Shown in pieces: positions 17,204 through 25,024 of a DNA stretch of 37,665 nt. Every line of letters starts with the position of its first letter. Position 1 is the stretch's first letter. The DNA comes from Parcubacteria group bacterium. Lineage in GTDB: Bacteria; Patescibacteriota; Minisyncoccia; Phycocordibacterales; UBA2135. Location of the stretch: the NCBI GenBank assembly GCA_016204045.1, contig JACQLQ010000004.1, forward strand, positions 230,927 to 268,591, written 5' to 3'. The notes under the pieces were generated by a model. That model was not told the origin of the DNA, made no database searches, and was given only the letters and a program-made list of their open reading frames with translations. The position numbers and the translations under genes are program-made.

Positions 17204-18136
17204 CAGGAAATCTCTTATATTATTCGTATCATAACGAGGAATACGAAACTGACTGTCCGTCTCCGAAACCCCTCGCTTTTCGGTTGTAAGCGCGTGCGTG
17301 AACCCTTCTTCCTTAAGAACCACGGACGCATATTCTGGAGCGCCCCCCTGGGGATAGGAAAGCAACGTAACCTCTCTCCCCAGTATACGACCCAATCCCT
17401 CTTTTGACTTAATGACTTCGTGCCTCACCTCTTTTTCACCCAAACGATCGAAGGGGGTATGTGTGTGACCGTGGCTTCCGATGGCAAACCCTTTTCTACC
17501 CAGTTCCTCAATTTCTACTGTCGACATGAAGAGGTCGCGCGCGAACTCCTTCTCGTCGAGGCCCAAAGTAAGAAAAACTCTTTGCAAAAAGGCATCTCTC
17601 ATCTCAAGCGGGATGATGTTCATGGTCTCCTTAAAGTTTGCTGTAAATACATCGTCCCACACCTTTCTTGCTTCCGTAATTCGCCTATCTTTAGGAATAG
17701 TATACGTAGCGACCTTGTCCGGATTAGTTTCCCTTAAAAAAACATTGAACTCCTCGACGAGTTTTTCTGTCGGGACATAAGAAAGGATGATATGTATCTT
17801 GTGCGTTGCTGGAAGTACATTTTCGAATGTTTCGGTAATGGGGAAAAAGGTCGCATGTTTTACAGCGTGTTTCTCTAATATAGGGACGGCGTTCTCAAAG
17901 TTGTCCTTGAGTCCGTCATCAAAAGTTACGGCGCACACCCTCTTGTCAGACTTCTCGCGGGCCGCCTCGAAAACTTCGGGGATTGAGACAACGGCGAATT
18001 GCTCTTTCAAAAAGGCAATCTGCCGATCAAATTCCGCTACCGGGCATGAATGAATTGCCGAGAACTTAGGATCAGGATCGCGTACATAATGATACGTGAC
18101 AAGTATTTGTTTGTCTTGGGGGTTAAATAATGTCAT
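17192..18136 (-). CDS. Polysaccharide deacetylase (CE4 / NodB homology domain)
   Basis: 314 aa. Contains VCAVTFDDGLKDNFENAVPILEKH (TFDDG motif 1), FFPITE, and IGSHGHTHTPF (His motif). TAATG 1-nt overlap with the upstream AsnB-like gene. Confidence 0.8.
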   Translation of the reverse strand: MTLFNPQDKQILVTYHYVRDPDPKFSAIHSCPVAEFDRQIAFLKEQFAVVSIPEVFEAAREKSDKRVCAVTFDDGLKDNFENAVPILEKHAVKHATFFPITETFENVLPATHKIHIILSYVPTEKLVEEFNVFLRETNPDKVATYTIPKDRRITEARKVWDDVFTANFKETMNIIPLEMRDAFLQRVFLTLGLDEKEFARDLFMSTVEIEELGRKGFAIGSHGHTHTPFDRLGEKEVRHEVIKSKEGLGRILGREVTLLSYPQGGAPEYASVVLKEEGFTHALTTEKRGVSETDSQFRIPRYDTNNIRDFLEKV

Positions 18137-19902
18137 TAATCTATAAATGCTCTAAACCATAATTCGAGGTTTACGCATTGCCAGATAAAAAAGGAATTGT
18201 CCTGATTCCCCTTCCAAAAGTCCTCCACCTGCCTTCCGAGAACTTCGTGGTTCCAATAGGGTCTTCGTTTAAATGACGGCGAATTGAGTATCTCCAAAAT
18301 CATCTCCTTATGATACTTCCTAAACCAATCGCCCTGCACACTGCTGAATGTCTTCTTTTCGGTCGCGCCGACGATATCTGGCAAATATTCCCCCATCGCT
18401 TCACGAATGAGAACCTTTTGGGAAAGCTCATTAATTTTATATTGAATGGGGAGAGAGAAGCAAAACTCAACTAAACGATAGTCCAGAAGGGGTAGTCGTA
18501 GTTCAGTGCCATACGCCATGCTCATGTGATCGTGGAATCTAAGAACACGCGGCAATTTTGTATGAGCAATATCTCTATACTGCGCATTCTGCACATGTGA
18601 ATCAAGAGGAGCCTCAAAAAAGATCGCGTTCTTTTCATGCTTTTTTACAAAGTCATCGTTCAAAATGTTGGCTCGTCGCAATGAGGATGCGTCCTGTCCA
18701 TACAAGCTAGGGGCAACTCTTTTTTGCGTAGGTTCTCCCCCTCTGTCTTTTTCGTATTCGTGTCGATAGTACGAATACCCCCCAAGGATCTCATCACCTC
18801 CTTGCCCCTCCAAAAGTACGGTCACGCCCTTCTCCCGCGCCATTCGGAACAGATGGTCGTGGGCAAGTGTTGGAATGCCACCATAGGGCTCCCCTTGCAC
18901 AAGATTCATGCGAGCTGCTTCAGTAAGGATAGTTTCGGGAGATATGCTTGTCGTATGCCACCTTGCCCTTTGCGCTTGATTCAGATGTGCTTCAATAGAT
19001 CGGCATTCATTGTACCTTTCGTCTTCATAGCAAAACGAGAAAGACGGCAAATCCTGATTCAGGATTTTTTTTGAGAAATAAAGCAGCGTATTGGAATCAA
19101 GCCCACTCGAAAGATTGATACCTACGGGCACATCACTTCTGAAGCGAATCCTTATCGCATCGGCAAGAAGCTCTTTGAACCGCCCCTTCAAGGACTCGGC
19201 ATCCTGTGTGTCTCCCCCCTTTAAGCTTCCGTGGTTTTTAAGATCCCAATACGAGGAGATGGTAATAGCCCCGTTCTCCCACAGGAGGTAACTCCCCGCT
19301 GGCAATTTTTGTATGTCAGAAAAGAAGGTTTCGTTCGTATGGTCATAAAGCCCGTAATAGAGATAATCAAATATCATTCGTTCGTTGGGGGCTTTCCCAA
19401 AACCAAGGGCATGAAGTCCTTTTATTTCAGAAGAAAAATAAAATGCGTTCCTTTGCACTGTATAGAAAAACGGCTTCACTCCCATTCTGTCTCGCGCACA
19501 AAAAAGCTTTTTCTCCTTTTTATCCCATATGGCAAAAGCGAACATCCCGTTAAGTCGGTTGAGGCATTTTTCGCCCCATGCCATATACGCAGCAAGAAGG
19601 ACTTCGGTGTCAGTCTCTGTTTTGAACTCATACATACCCTTTAACTCCTCCTTGAGTTCTACGTAGTTATATACCTCGCCGTTGTAGACAATGATAAAAC
19701 GCCCGTCATTTGAGACAAAAGGTTGGTGCCCGGCCTGTGTAAGGTCGATGATTGAAAGCCGCCTATGCCCTAGTGCGACACCCTCTTTGGCATCATAATA
19801 AAGTCCCGCATCGTCAGGTCCACGATGCGTCATGCTATCTCGCGCATGTTCAACTTGTTCCCGAGGAAGAGTCACCCCAAGGGCTCCGATTATTGCACAC
19901 AT
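18136..19902 (-). CDS. Asparagine synthase (glutamine-hydrolysing)-like amidotransferase, copy 1
   Basis: 588 aa. MCAIIG provides the N-terminal Cys nucleophile. Also present are HRGPDD, HRRLSIIDL, and the PP-loop-like NLSSGLDS. Confidence 0.85.
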   Translation of the reverse strand: MCAIIGALGVTLPREQVEHARDSMTHRGPDDAGLYYDAKEGVALGHRRLSIIDLTQAGHQPFVSNDGRFIIVYNGEVYNYVELKEELKGMYEFKTETDTEVLLAAYMAWGEKCLNRLNGMFAFAIWDKKEKKLFCARDRMGVKPFFYTVQRNAFYFSSEIKGLHALGFGKAPNERMIFDYLYYGLYDHTNETFFSDIQKLPAGSYLLWENGAITISSYWDLKNHGSLKGGDTQDAESLKGRFKELLADAIRIRFRSDVPVGINLSSGLDSNTLLYFSKKILNQDLPSFSFCYEDERYNECRSIEAHLNQAQRARWHTTSISPETILTEAARMNLVQGEPYGGIPTLAHDHLFRMAREKGVTVLLEGQGGDEILGGYSYYRHEYEKDRGGEPTQKRVAPSLYGQDASSLRRANILNDDFVKKHEKNAIFFEAPLDSHVQNAQYRDIAHTKLPRVLRFHDHMSMAYGTELRLPLLDYRLVEFCFSLPIQYKINELSQKVLIREAMGEYLPDIVGATEKKTFSSVQGDWFRKYHKEMILEILNSPSFKRRPYWNHEVLGRQVEDFWKGNQDNSFFIWQCVNLELWFRAFID

Positions 19903-19908
19903 ATAATG

Positions 19909-20721
19909 TTACTTGCCCGCCTCGCGACTTACTCCTTTTTCATACGCAAGAAAAGAAAAATAAGTGCGTGCAAAGTTTGGCACAAGATAGCCAAGGTTGT
20001 AGAGCAATATAAGAATCATATAGCCCCCCAGAAACTCCCACTGCTTGAGAAGTGCGAGAATGGTAATCCAGGTTACAATACCGGGTTCGGCAAAGAAATT
20101 TCCTTTGATAAGCGTGTGGTGATATATCTTCGCGAGACGGACAAATAATCCTGGGGGAGACCCCGCTTCACTTACATCGTCAAAAACACTGGTCTTTTCT
20201 TTCCCGCCCTTGTCCCAAAAGAAAGTCAGTATCTTTGTGTTCGTGAGACGGTAGAAAAGAAAGGAGATCGAAGTAAGCGCAGATAGAAAAAGTATAGACG
20301 ACGGAGTGAGAGCGTACACGGAGACATTCAATGAAAAAAGATAGTACCCTACAGATACGGGGACAACGGAGTAAAAGATGTCAGCGCCAAAGGAATCCAT
20401 GATGGCTCCATATGAAGAAGCTCCGCGCACACGCGCCATGTCGCCGTCGACGGAATCATGAAGAATGAAGAGGAGGAGAGATATGACTGCCACGAGAGGA
20501 TTACCAATGACAAAAAAATATGCAGCCGCGCCAATAAAAAGAAAGCTAATAAAGGTTATATGGTCCGGCTTGAGACCAAGGTTGAGATACAGATATGCGG
20601 GGTATGGCGCCAACAACTTCCCAATAGCGTTAATGGGTATAAGACGTTCTTCGATCTTTCGAGATACGCTTCTCCCTGGGTCATAGCGTGTCGCAAGAAT
20701 TTGTTTCAGTGTGTACTTCAT
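19909..20721 (-). CDS. CDP-alcohol phosphatidyl/phosphotransferase family membrane protein
   Basis: 270 aa and multi-TM. HDSVDGDMARVRGASSYGAIMDSFGADIFY matches D-x2-DG-x2-AR-x8-G-x3-D-x3-D. Confidence 0.85.
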   Translation of the reverse strand: MKYTLKQILATRYDPGRSVSRKIEERLIPINAIGKLLAPYPAYLYLNLGLKPDHITFISFLFIGAAAYFFVIGNPLVAVISLLLFILHDSVDGDMARVRGASSYGAIMDSFGADIFYSVVPVSVGYYLFSLNVSVYALTPSSILFLSALTSISFLFYRLTNTKILTFFWDKGGKEKTSVFDDVSEAGSPPGLFVRLAKIYHHTLIKGNFFAEPGIVTWITILALLKQWEFLGGYMILILLYNLGYLVPNFARTYFSFLAYEKGVSREAGK

Positions 20722-20722
20722 T

Positions 20723-21607
20723 TTAATAATGTTTGAACCATACCTCCCAAAGCTTAGCTTCTTTGGGAAAAGGCCGCTTCAGTGCGCGAACCATCCAGTT
20801 CTCACCCAAGATCCCCTCGGCATTGAGCAAAAAAAGGATGTTTTTAACAAAGTCAGGAAGCTTCAGTGTGTTGTAGGGTTTATACTCAAAGAATTCTCCT
20901 AGTCGTTTTTTCTTAACCTCAACATCTCCGAACTTCCTAAAGAATTTTTTCACTTGCCCCCTGGTGTAAACGTCGGTTTTTGGTGCACTCCCATGGACTT
21001 CCGAGACCTCGCTATAGACCTTTTTCCAATCAAAACCATGCTTCCACCACTTACCAAGCAAAAGCCCATGAATGAGGCATCGTTTAATGTAGTGTTTCCA
21101 TCCGCGCGCATAGACCAAGATCATGGCTTGTCCATCTGGCTTTAACACACGATATATTTCATCAATGGCTTTTTGTGTATTAGGCGTGTGGTGGACGACA
21201 CCAATAGATAGCACTACGTCAAATGTATTGTCAGGGAACGGCAGCTGTTCTGCGTTCCCCTCTTTAATCTCTTTGTAGGGAAGTTTTCGCAAGTCGAGGT
21301 TGAGTTTCGTCAACATCACTTGGTCTTGACCCAAATCAACTCCGGAGACAATGGCCCCGCCCTTCGCATACTCGATGAGGTCCGTCCCGATGCCAATGCC
21401 GATCTCAAGCACTTGCTCGCCAGGATGATACTCAAACTCCGCCCATTTTTTAATGTGCGGATAGTAGCGGTCATACCGCTTGAAAGAGAGCTCGTTAAAC
21501 CACGCCAGTGTAAAGGGCTCTTTTCGGGAGTACCATTGCTGGGGGATGTTTTTCTTCCCCCAATAATTTCTCACCTCTTCAATAGTCAGTTTTTTATTCT
21601 CCTCCAT
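20723..21607 (-). CDS. Class I SAM-dependent methyltransferase (Methyltransf_11-like)
   Basis: 294 aa. Contains VLEIGIGIGTDLIEYAKGGAIVSGVDL ... FDVVLSIGVVHH ... LKPDGQAMI. Confidence 0.8.
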   Translation of the reverse strand: MEENKKLTIEEVRNYWGKKNIPQQWYSRKEPFTLAWFNELSFKRYDRYYPHIKKWAEFEYHPGEQVLEIGIGIGTDLIEYAKGGAIVSGVDLGQDQVMLTKLNLDLRKLPYKEIKEGNAEQLPFPDNTFDVVLSIGVVHHTPNTQKAIDEIYRVLKPDGQAMILVYARGWKHYIKRCLIHGLLLGKWWKHGFDWKKVYSEVSEVHGSAPKTDVYTRGQVKKFFRKFGDVEVKKKRLGEFFEYKPYNTLKLPDFVKNILFLLNAEGILGENWMVRALKRPFPKEAKLWEVWFKHY

Positions 21608-21609
21608 AG

Positions 21610-23727
21610 TTACTTACTTTCCGATAGCTCTCCACGAAGCTGCGGAAGCACTAAAAACATCATTATATCACAGACATTTGTCCCCGTAGGGTGGCCGACA
21701 TGGATATTCGAGTTGATCTGGGAAAGAAGACGATTTGCTTTGTGTGACTCCAAAAAAGAGGATATTGCCGGATCGAGTCCTTTTTCTTCTAGAAGACGCA
21801 GTGAATGCGCATCAATGATGCCGCCCGCGGATTCGGGAATAAAATCAATACCATCTGTACCGACAGAAGCAACGCACCACTCTCCTTCAAATGGCTGAGA
21901 CTGGAGATGCTGCAAACATGCAAGAACAAATTCCTGATTCCTTCCTCCCTTCTTGTGCGGATAATCAAGCGTTACGGTTGTCTCTCCACCAAAGAGAAAA
22001 AGGGTTGGACGCTTAATTTCGTGCTCATGGACAAGATTGCACAGCTCATAAGCAACTTCCCGCGCCTCCCCTTGCACGTGAGACCTCACAACTACGTCTA
22101 AACCTTCGCCTTGTGCGCGCTCTTTGATCTTCTGGAGTACTCGGTCGTTGTCTGCAAGAATGTGGTGGCGCACATGAGAAAACTCATCGTCCTTTGAATC
22201 GATGTCTTTGTTTCTCTCAAGATATGCGAGGACGGTTTCCGGAATTTTCTCCCTCATGTTGCGTTTGTCGATAATCCGCAACGCATCGGCATACGTGGAA
22301 GAATCTTCCGCGAGAGGGCCCGAGGCGATGACGTCGAGATTGTTACCAACGACATCAGAGAGAACGAGAGAAATTATCGGTGTTGGGTAAAAGTGTTGGG
22401 CAAGCTTCCCGCCTTTAATCCGTGAGATTTTCTTTTTTATAATCGTGATGCCATGGACGTTTTCCCCGCTTGTGATAAGTGCTTGTATCGTCTTCTGTTT
22501 ATCTTCAAGTGAAATGCCTTCCGCAGGATATGACATGAGCGATGAGCCGCCCCCTGAAACCAACGCTATGACAAGATCGTCTCCTTGTATGTTGAACCTC
22601 TGCTTGAGTGCGAGAACTTTTTCAGACCCGGCAACACTCCTCTCTGTTGGAAGAGGGTGATCCCCTTCGTGGATCTCGATCTTTTCTGGAATATGGATTG
22701 TGTCATTTGAGATGACGACGCCTGCTGTTATTCTTTCTTTACCGATAATCCGCTCAAGCTCTACTGCCATTGCGGCAGAAGCCTTGCCGGCACCGATAAC
22801 AAAAATACGTTTTCCCTTGATGGGAAATTCTTTCTCTTGCACAAAAAGACTCTCGGGCGTAACCCTTACCGCCTCACGCATGAAACTCTTCGGAAGCGCG
22901 GACTGAATCCCCTCATGCGCTAACGAAAGCAACTTCTTTCGAAGCGGCGAAGTGGCAAGCTCCTCGTAATTTTTAAAAATGATGTTTTTTGCTTCGCTTT
23001 CCGCGCCAGAAAGAATGGTGCCAATGCACGCCTTCGCCTTCTCGTAATCATCCGGGGTATCAACTTCTGCCCATGCATAGTGGGGCAAGACCTTGTGCTT
23101 TCGAAGTGCAAATCTGCCGACCATCGCTTGAAGCGGAACAACAAAGGATATGTTTCTGTTGCCTGCTTCAAAAAGTTTTTCCGCCTCTTTGAAGTACACC
23201 CCACTCGCTTCCTGTGAAAGTTTGTATATGCCGATCGCCCACGCGCTCGCATCGGACTTCAAGTGTTTGCCGATCTTCCGCATGCTCCCATTTTCCAAGA
23301 CAACCTTCATGGCGTCATCTTCCAATTTTGGAGACGGATCAGCGACAAAGCTGTTCTCAAAATCATTCGAAAGAATGCCCTCCAAAATTCCTGGATGAAA
23401 GATGATGTCCCCGTTAAAAAAAATCATTCCGTCCGTAATGTGATCTCGAGCAAGCCATAAGGAATAGATATTGTTTGTTGATTCGTACTCCGAGTTCAAA
23501 ACATATGTTATAGAACAGTTTTTGTATCGGACACCGACTTTTTCCTGGACCGCTTCTCTACAATGACCAACTACGATAACGACCTCTGTTATGCCGCACG
23601 CAGAAAGATTGTCGAGCATATACTCGATTATTGTCTTTTCCCCAACTGGTAGGAGTGCCTTGGGATATTTTAGGGTCAAGGGGCGCATTCGCTTCCCCTC
23701 TCCGGCGGCACAAATGACGGCTTTCAT
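21610..23727 (-). CDS. Fusion protein: N-terminal LicC-like CTP:phospho-alcohol cytidylyltransferase + C-terminal MOFRL-family glycerate 2-kinase
   Basis: 705 aa. Residues ~1-240 (23727..23008) read MKAVICAAGEGKRMRPLTLKYPKALLPV...NSEYESTNNIYSLWLA...WAEVDTPDDYEKA. Compare LicC MKAIILAAGLGTRLRPLT...NDKYADYNNFYSLYL...IYEIDSVQDYRKL, recalled from memory. Residues ~255-705 (22965..21613) contain FVIGAGKASAAMA, HPLPTE, LVSGGGSSL, GISLEDKQKT, IKGGKLA, VLSDVVGNNLDVIASGP, GGETTV and VGTDGIDF, the hallmarks of DUF4147+MOFRL glycerate kinases. Confidence 0.8.
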   Translation of the reverse strand: MKAVICAAGEGKRMRPLTLKYPKALLPVGEKTIIEYMLDNLSACGITEVVIVVGHCREAVQEKVGVRYKNCSITYVLNSEYESTNNIYSLWLARDHITDGMIFFNGDIIFHPGILEGILSNDFENSFVADPSPKLEDDAMKVVLENGSMRKIGKHLKSDASAWAIGIYKLSQEASGVYFKEAEKLFEAGNRNISFVVPLQAMVGRFALRKHKVLPHYAWAEVDTPDDYEKAKACIGTILSGAESEAKNIIFKNYEELATSPLRKKLLSLAHEGIQSALPKSFMREAVRVTPESLFVQEKEFPIKGKRIFVIGAGKASAAMAVELERIIGKERITAGVVISNDTIHIPEKIEIHEGDHPLPTERSVAGSEKVLALKQRFNIQGDDLVIALVSGGGSSLMSYPAEGISLEDKQKTIQALITSGENVHGITIIKKKISRIKGGKLAQHFYPTPIISLVLSDVVGNNLDVIASGPLAEDSSTYADALRIIDKRNMREKIPETVLAYLERNKDIDSKDDEFSHVRHHILADNDRVLQKIKERAQGEGLDVVVRSHVQGEAREVAYELCNLVHEHEIKRPTLFLFGGETTVTLDYPHKKGGRNQEFVLACLQHLQSQPFEGEWCVASVGTDGIDFIPESAGGIIDAHSLRLLEEKGLDPAISSFLESHKANRLLSQINSNIHVGHPTGTNVCDIMMFLVLPQLRGELSESK

Positions 23728-23743
23728 GTACTCAATGGTAACA
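23728..23743 (-). promoter_or_regulatory. Extended -10 box placed for a leaderless transcript of the 14-gene operon
   Basis: The minus strand reads TGtTACCAT-TGAGTAC-ATG (TGn + TAnnnT, with 7 nt to ATG 23727). It lies directly after the terminator at 23772..23801. Confidence 0.35.
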
Positions 23744-23771
23744 CTTATTTTGGAGAAAAAGTCCCGTGTAT

Positions 23772-23801
23772 ATAGAAAAAACCCCTTGAAAATGGGGTTT
23801 T
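23772..23801 (-). terminator. Rho-independent terminator ending the hddC...aminotransferase operon
   Basis: The minus strand reads AAAACCCC-ATTTTCAA-GGGGTTTTTTCTATA, an 8-bp stem plus T-run. The stem includes the TAA stop of the aminotransferase gene. Confidence 0.75.
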
Positions 23802-25008
23802 ATGAACATTCCTTTTTCGCAAAATCGCGCATTCGCTCTATCCCTTCTATAGTGCGCTCATTTGTAAGGCCAACCCGGAAAAGGTCATTTCGTCCGAAAT
23901 CCTCACCAGGGGTCACCGCGACAAGCGACTCGCTGAGCAACGCTTCAGCAAGCGTGAGAGAGTCTTTAAATCTCCCCCCGAGACACGCGGACACATCAAT
24001 GGGCATGTAAAAGCTTCCCGAAGGATCCAGAACCTTGAGCGGTGTACCTTCTAGTATTGTCTTCGCGAGGGCCAATCGCTCTCTGTAGGAAGCAATCTCT
24101 TTGCGTATCTCTTTCTCAAGAAGCTGCTTCCTGTTTTGGAGAGAAACAAGACCCGCAAACTGTGTCACTGGGTCGACACAGACGATATTGTGCCGCTGAA
24201 ACCGAAGCATCGGTTCGACAAGCTCCTGGGGCACAATGGCATAGCCTAGACGCCGGGTGTACATGTGGTGGATCTTTGAAAAGCCGTTCAACACCACGAC
24301 ACAATCTTTATTTCCCCGAGCCACGCGAAGTATGGGACAAAAATCATCGCCATATACAAACCCGTCGTATATTTCGTCGGAAACGACTACTGCTTGCCCG
24401 TCCACAATCTCGAGTATGCGCTCCATTTCCTCGCGGCGGACAACATTGCCGAGAGGATTCCCCGGCGAGTTGAGAACGACGAGTCTTGTTTTCCCTGGGG
24501 TAAAGCGCCTTTCGAATTCTTCGAGGTCAACTCTTCCGTCGCTTGTAACGGAATAGAAAACGGGGGTCACTCGAGCAATAACAGTGTTCGCAAAGTATGG
24601 TGGATAATACGGGAGAGGTAGAAGCACTTCGTCACCTGGATCAAGCAGCAGCTGATAGAGCATCAGGAAGAAGGGACTTGTTCCGTTGTTGATAAAGACT
24701 TGGTCTGGACGTATTGAGACGGCATGCGTTCTCTCATACTCCTCGACGATTGCCTGGCGAAGCGATAGGAGTCCTTGCGCGTCAACGATCTCGCGCTTTT
24801 CCTTGTCATAGATACTCTTGGCCACTTCATCAGCAACAACTTCCTGCATGGGTACTTCGGACTTGCCCAAGTTGAGTTTGATGACGTCTTTACCTTTGAG
24901 GACGAGGTCGTTTGCCAATCGGTCAATGCGCAGTACGTGGAAATCGGGAATGCGTGACGCTATGCGAGAAAGGTGCATAGGGGGCTGTTTCTTTTCAAAA
25001 TTTCTCAT
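23800..25008 (-). CDS. PLP-dependent aminotransferase, class I/II (aspartate aminotransferase fold)
   Basis: 402 aa. Contains LNSPGNPLG, VSDEIY and NGFSKIHHMYTRRLGY (S-K PLP lysine context). It is the last gene of its operon; its stop codon sits inside a terminator stem. Confidence 0.8.
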   Translation of the reverse strand: MRNFEKKQPPMHLSRIASRIPDFHVLRIDRLANDLVLKGKDVIKLNLGKSEVPMQEVVADEVAKSIYDKEKREIVDAQGLLSLRQAIVEEYERTHAVSIRPDQVFINNGTSPFFLMLYQLLLDPGDEVLLPLPYYPPYFANTVIARVTPVFYSVTSDGRVDLEEFERRFTPGKTRLVVLNSPGNPLGNVVRREEMERILEIVDGQAVVVSDEIYDGFVYGDDFCPILRVARGNKDCVVVLNGFSKIHHMYTRRLGYAIVPQELVEPMLRFQRHNIVCVDPVTQFAGLVSLQNRKQLLEKEIRKEIASYRERLALAKTILEGTPLKVLDPSGSFYMPIDVSACLGGRFKDSLTLAEALLSESLVAVTPGEDFGRNDLFRVGLTNERTIEGIERMRDFAKKECS

Positions 25009-25024
25009 GAGAGTTTAGCAGACT

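Noticed and set aside
21320-21898. 192-aa plus-strand ORF spanning the methyltransferase / fusion-gene junction
   Set aside because: It crosses two well-supported minus-strand genes and has no motifs. It is a typical antisense shadow ORF. The same applies to 2189..2728(+), 5691..6224(-), 33770..34234(+) and the other overlapping ORFs of 180 aa or fewer in the track.
20723-23727. Campylobacter-type O-methyl phosphoramidate (MeOPN) pathway, suggested by a LicC-like cytidylyltransferase plus methyltransferase
   Set aside because: No glutamine kinase (PEP-utilising fold) or gamma-glutamyl hydrolase-type partner is present. The cytidylyltransferase is fused to a glycerate-kinase domain instead, which points to a different phospho-donor.
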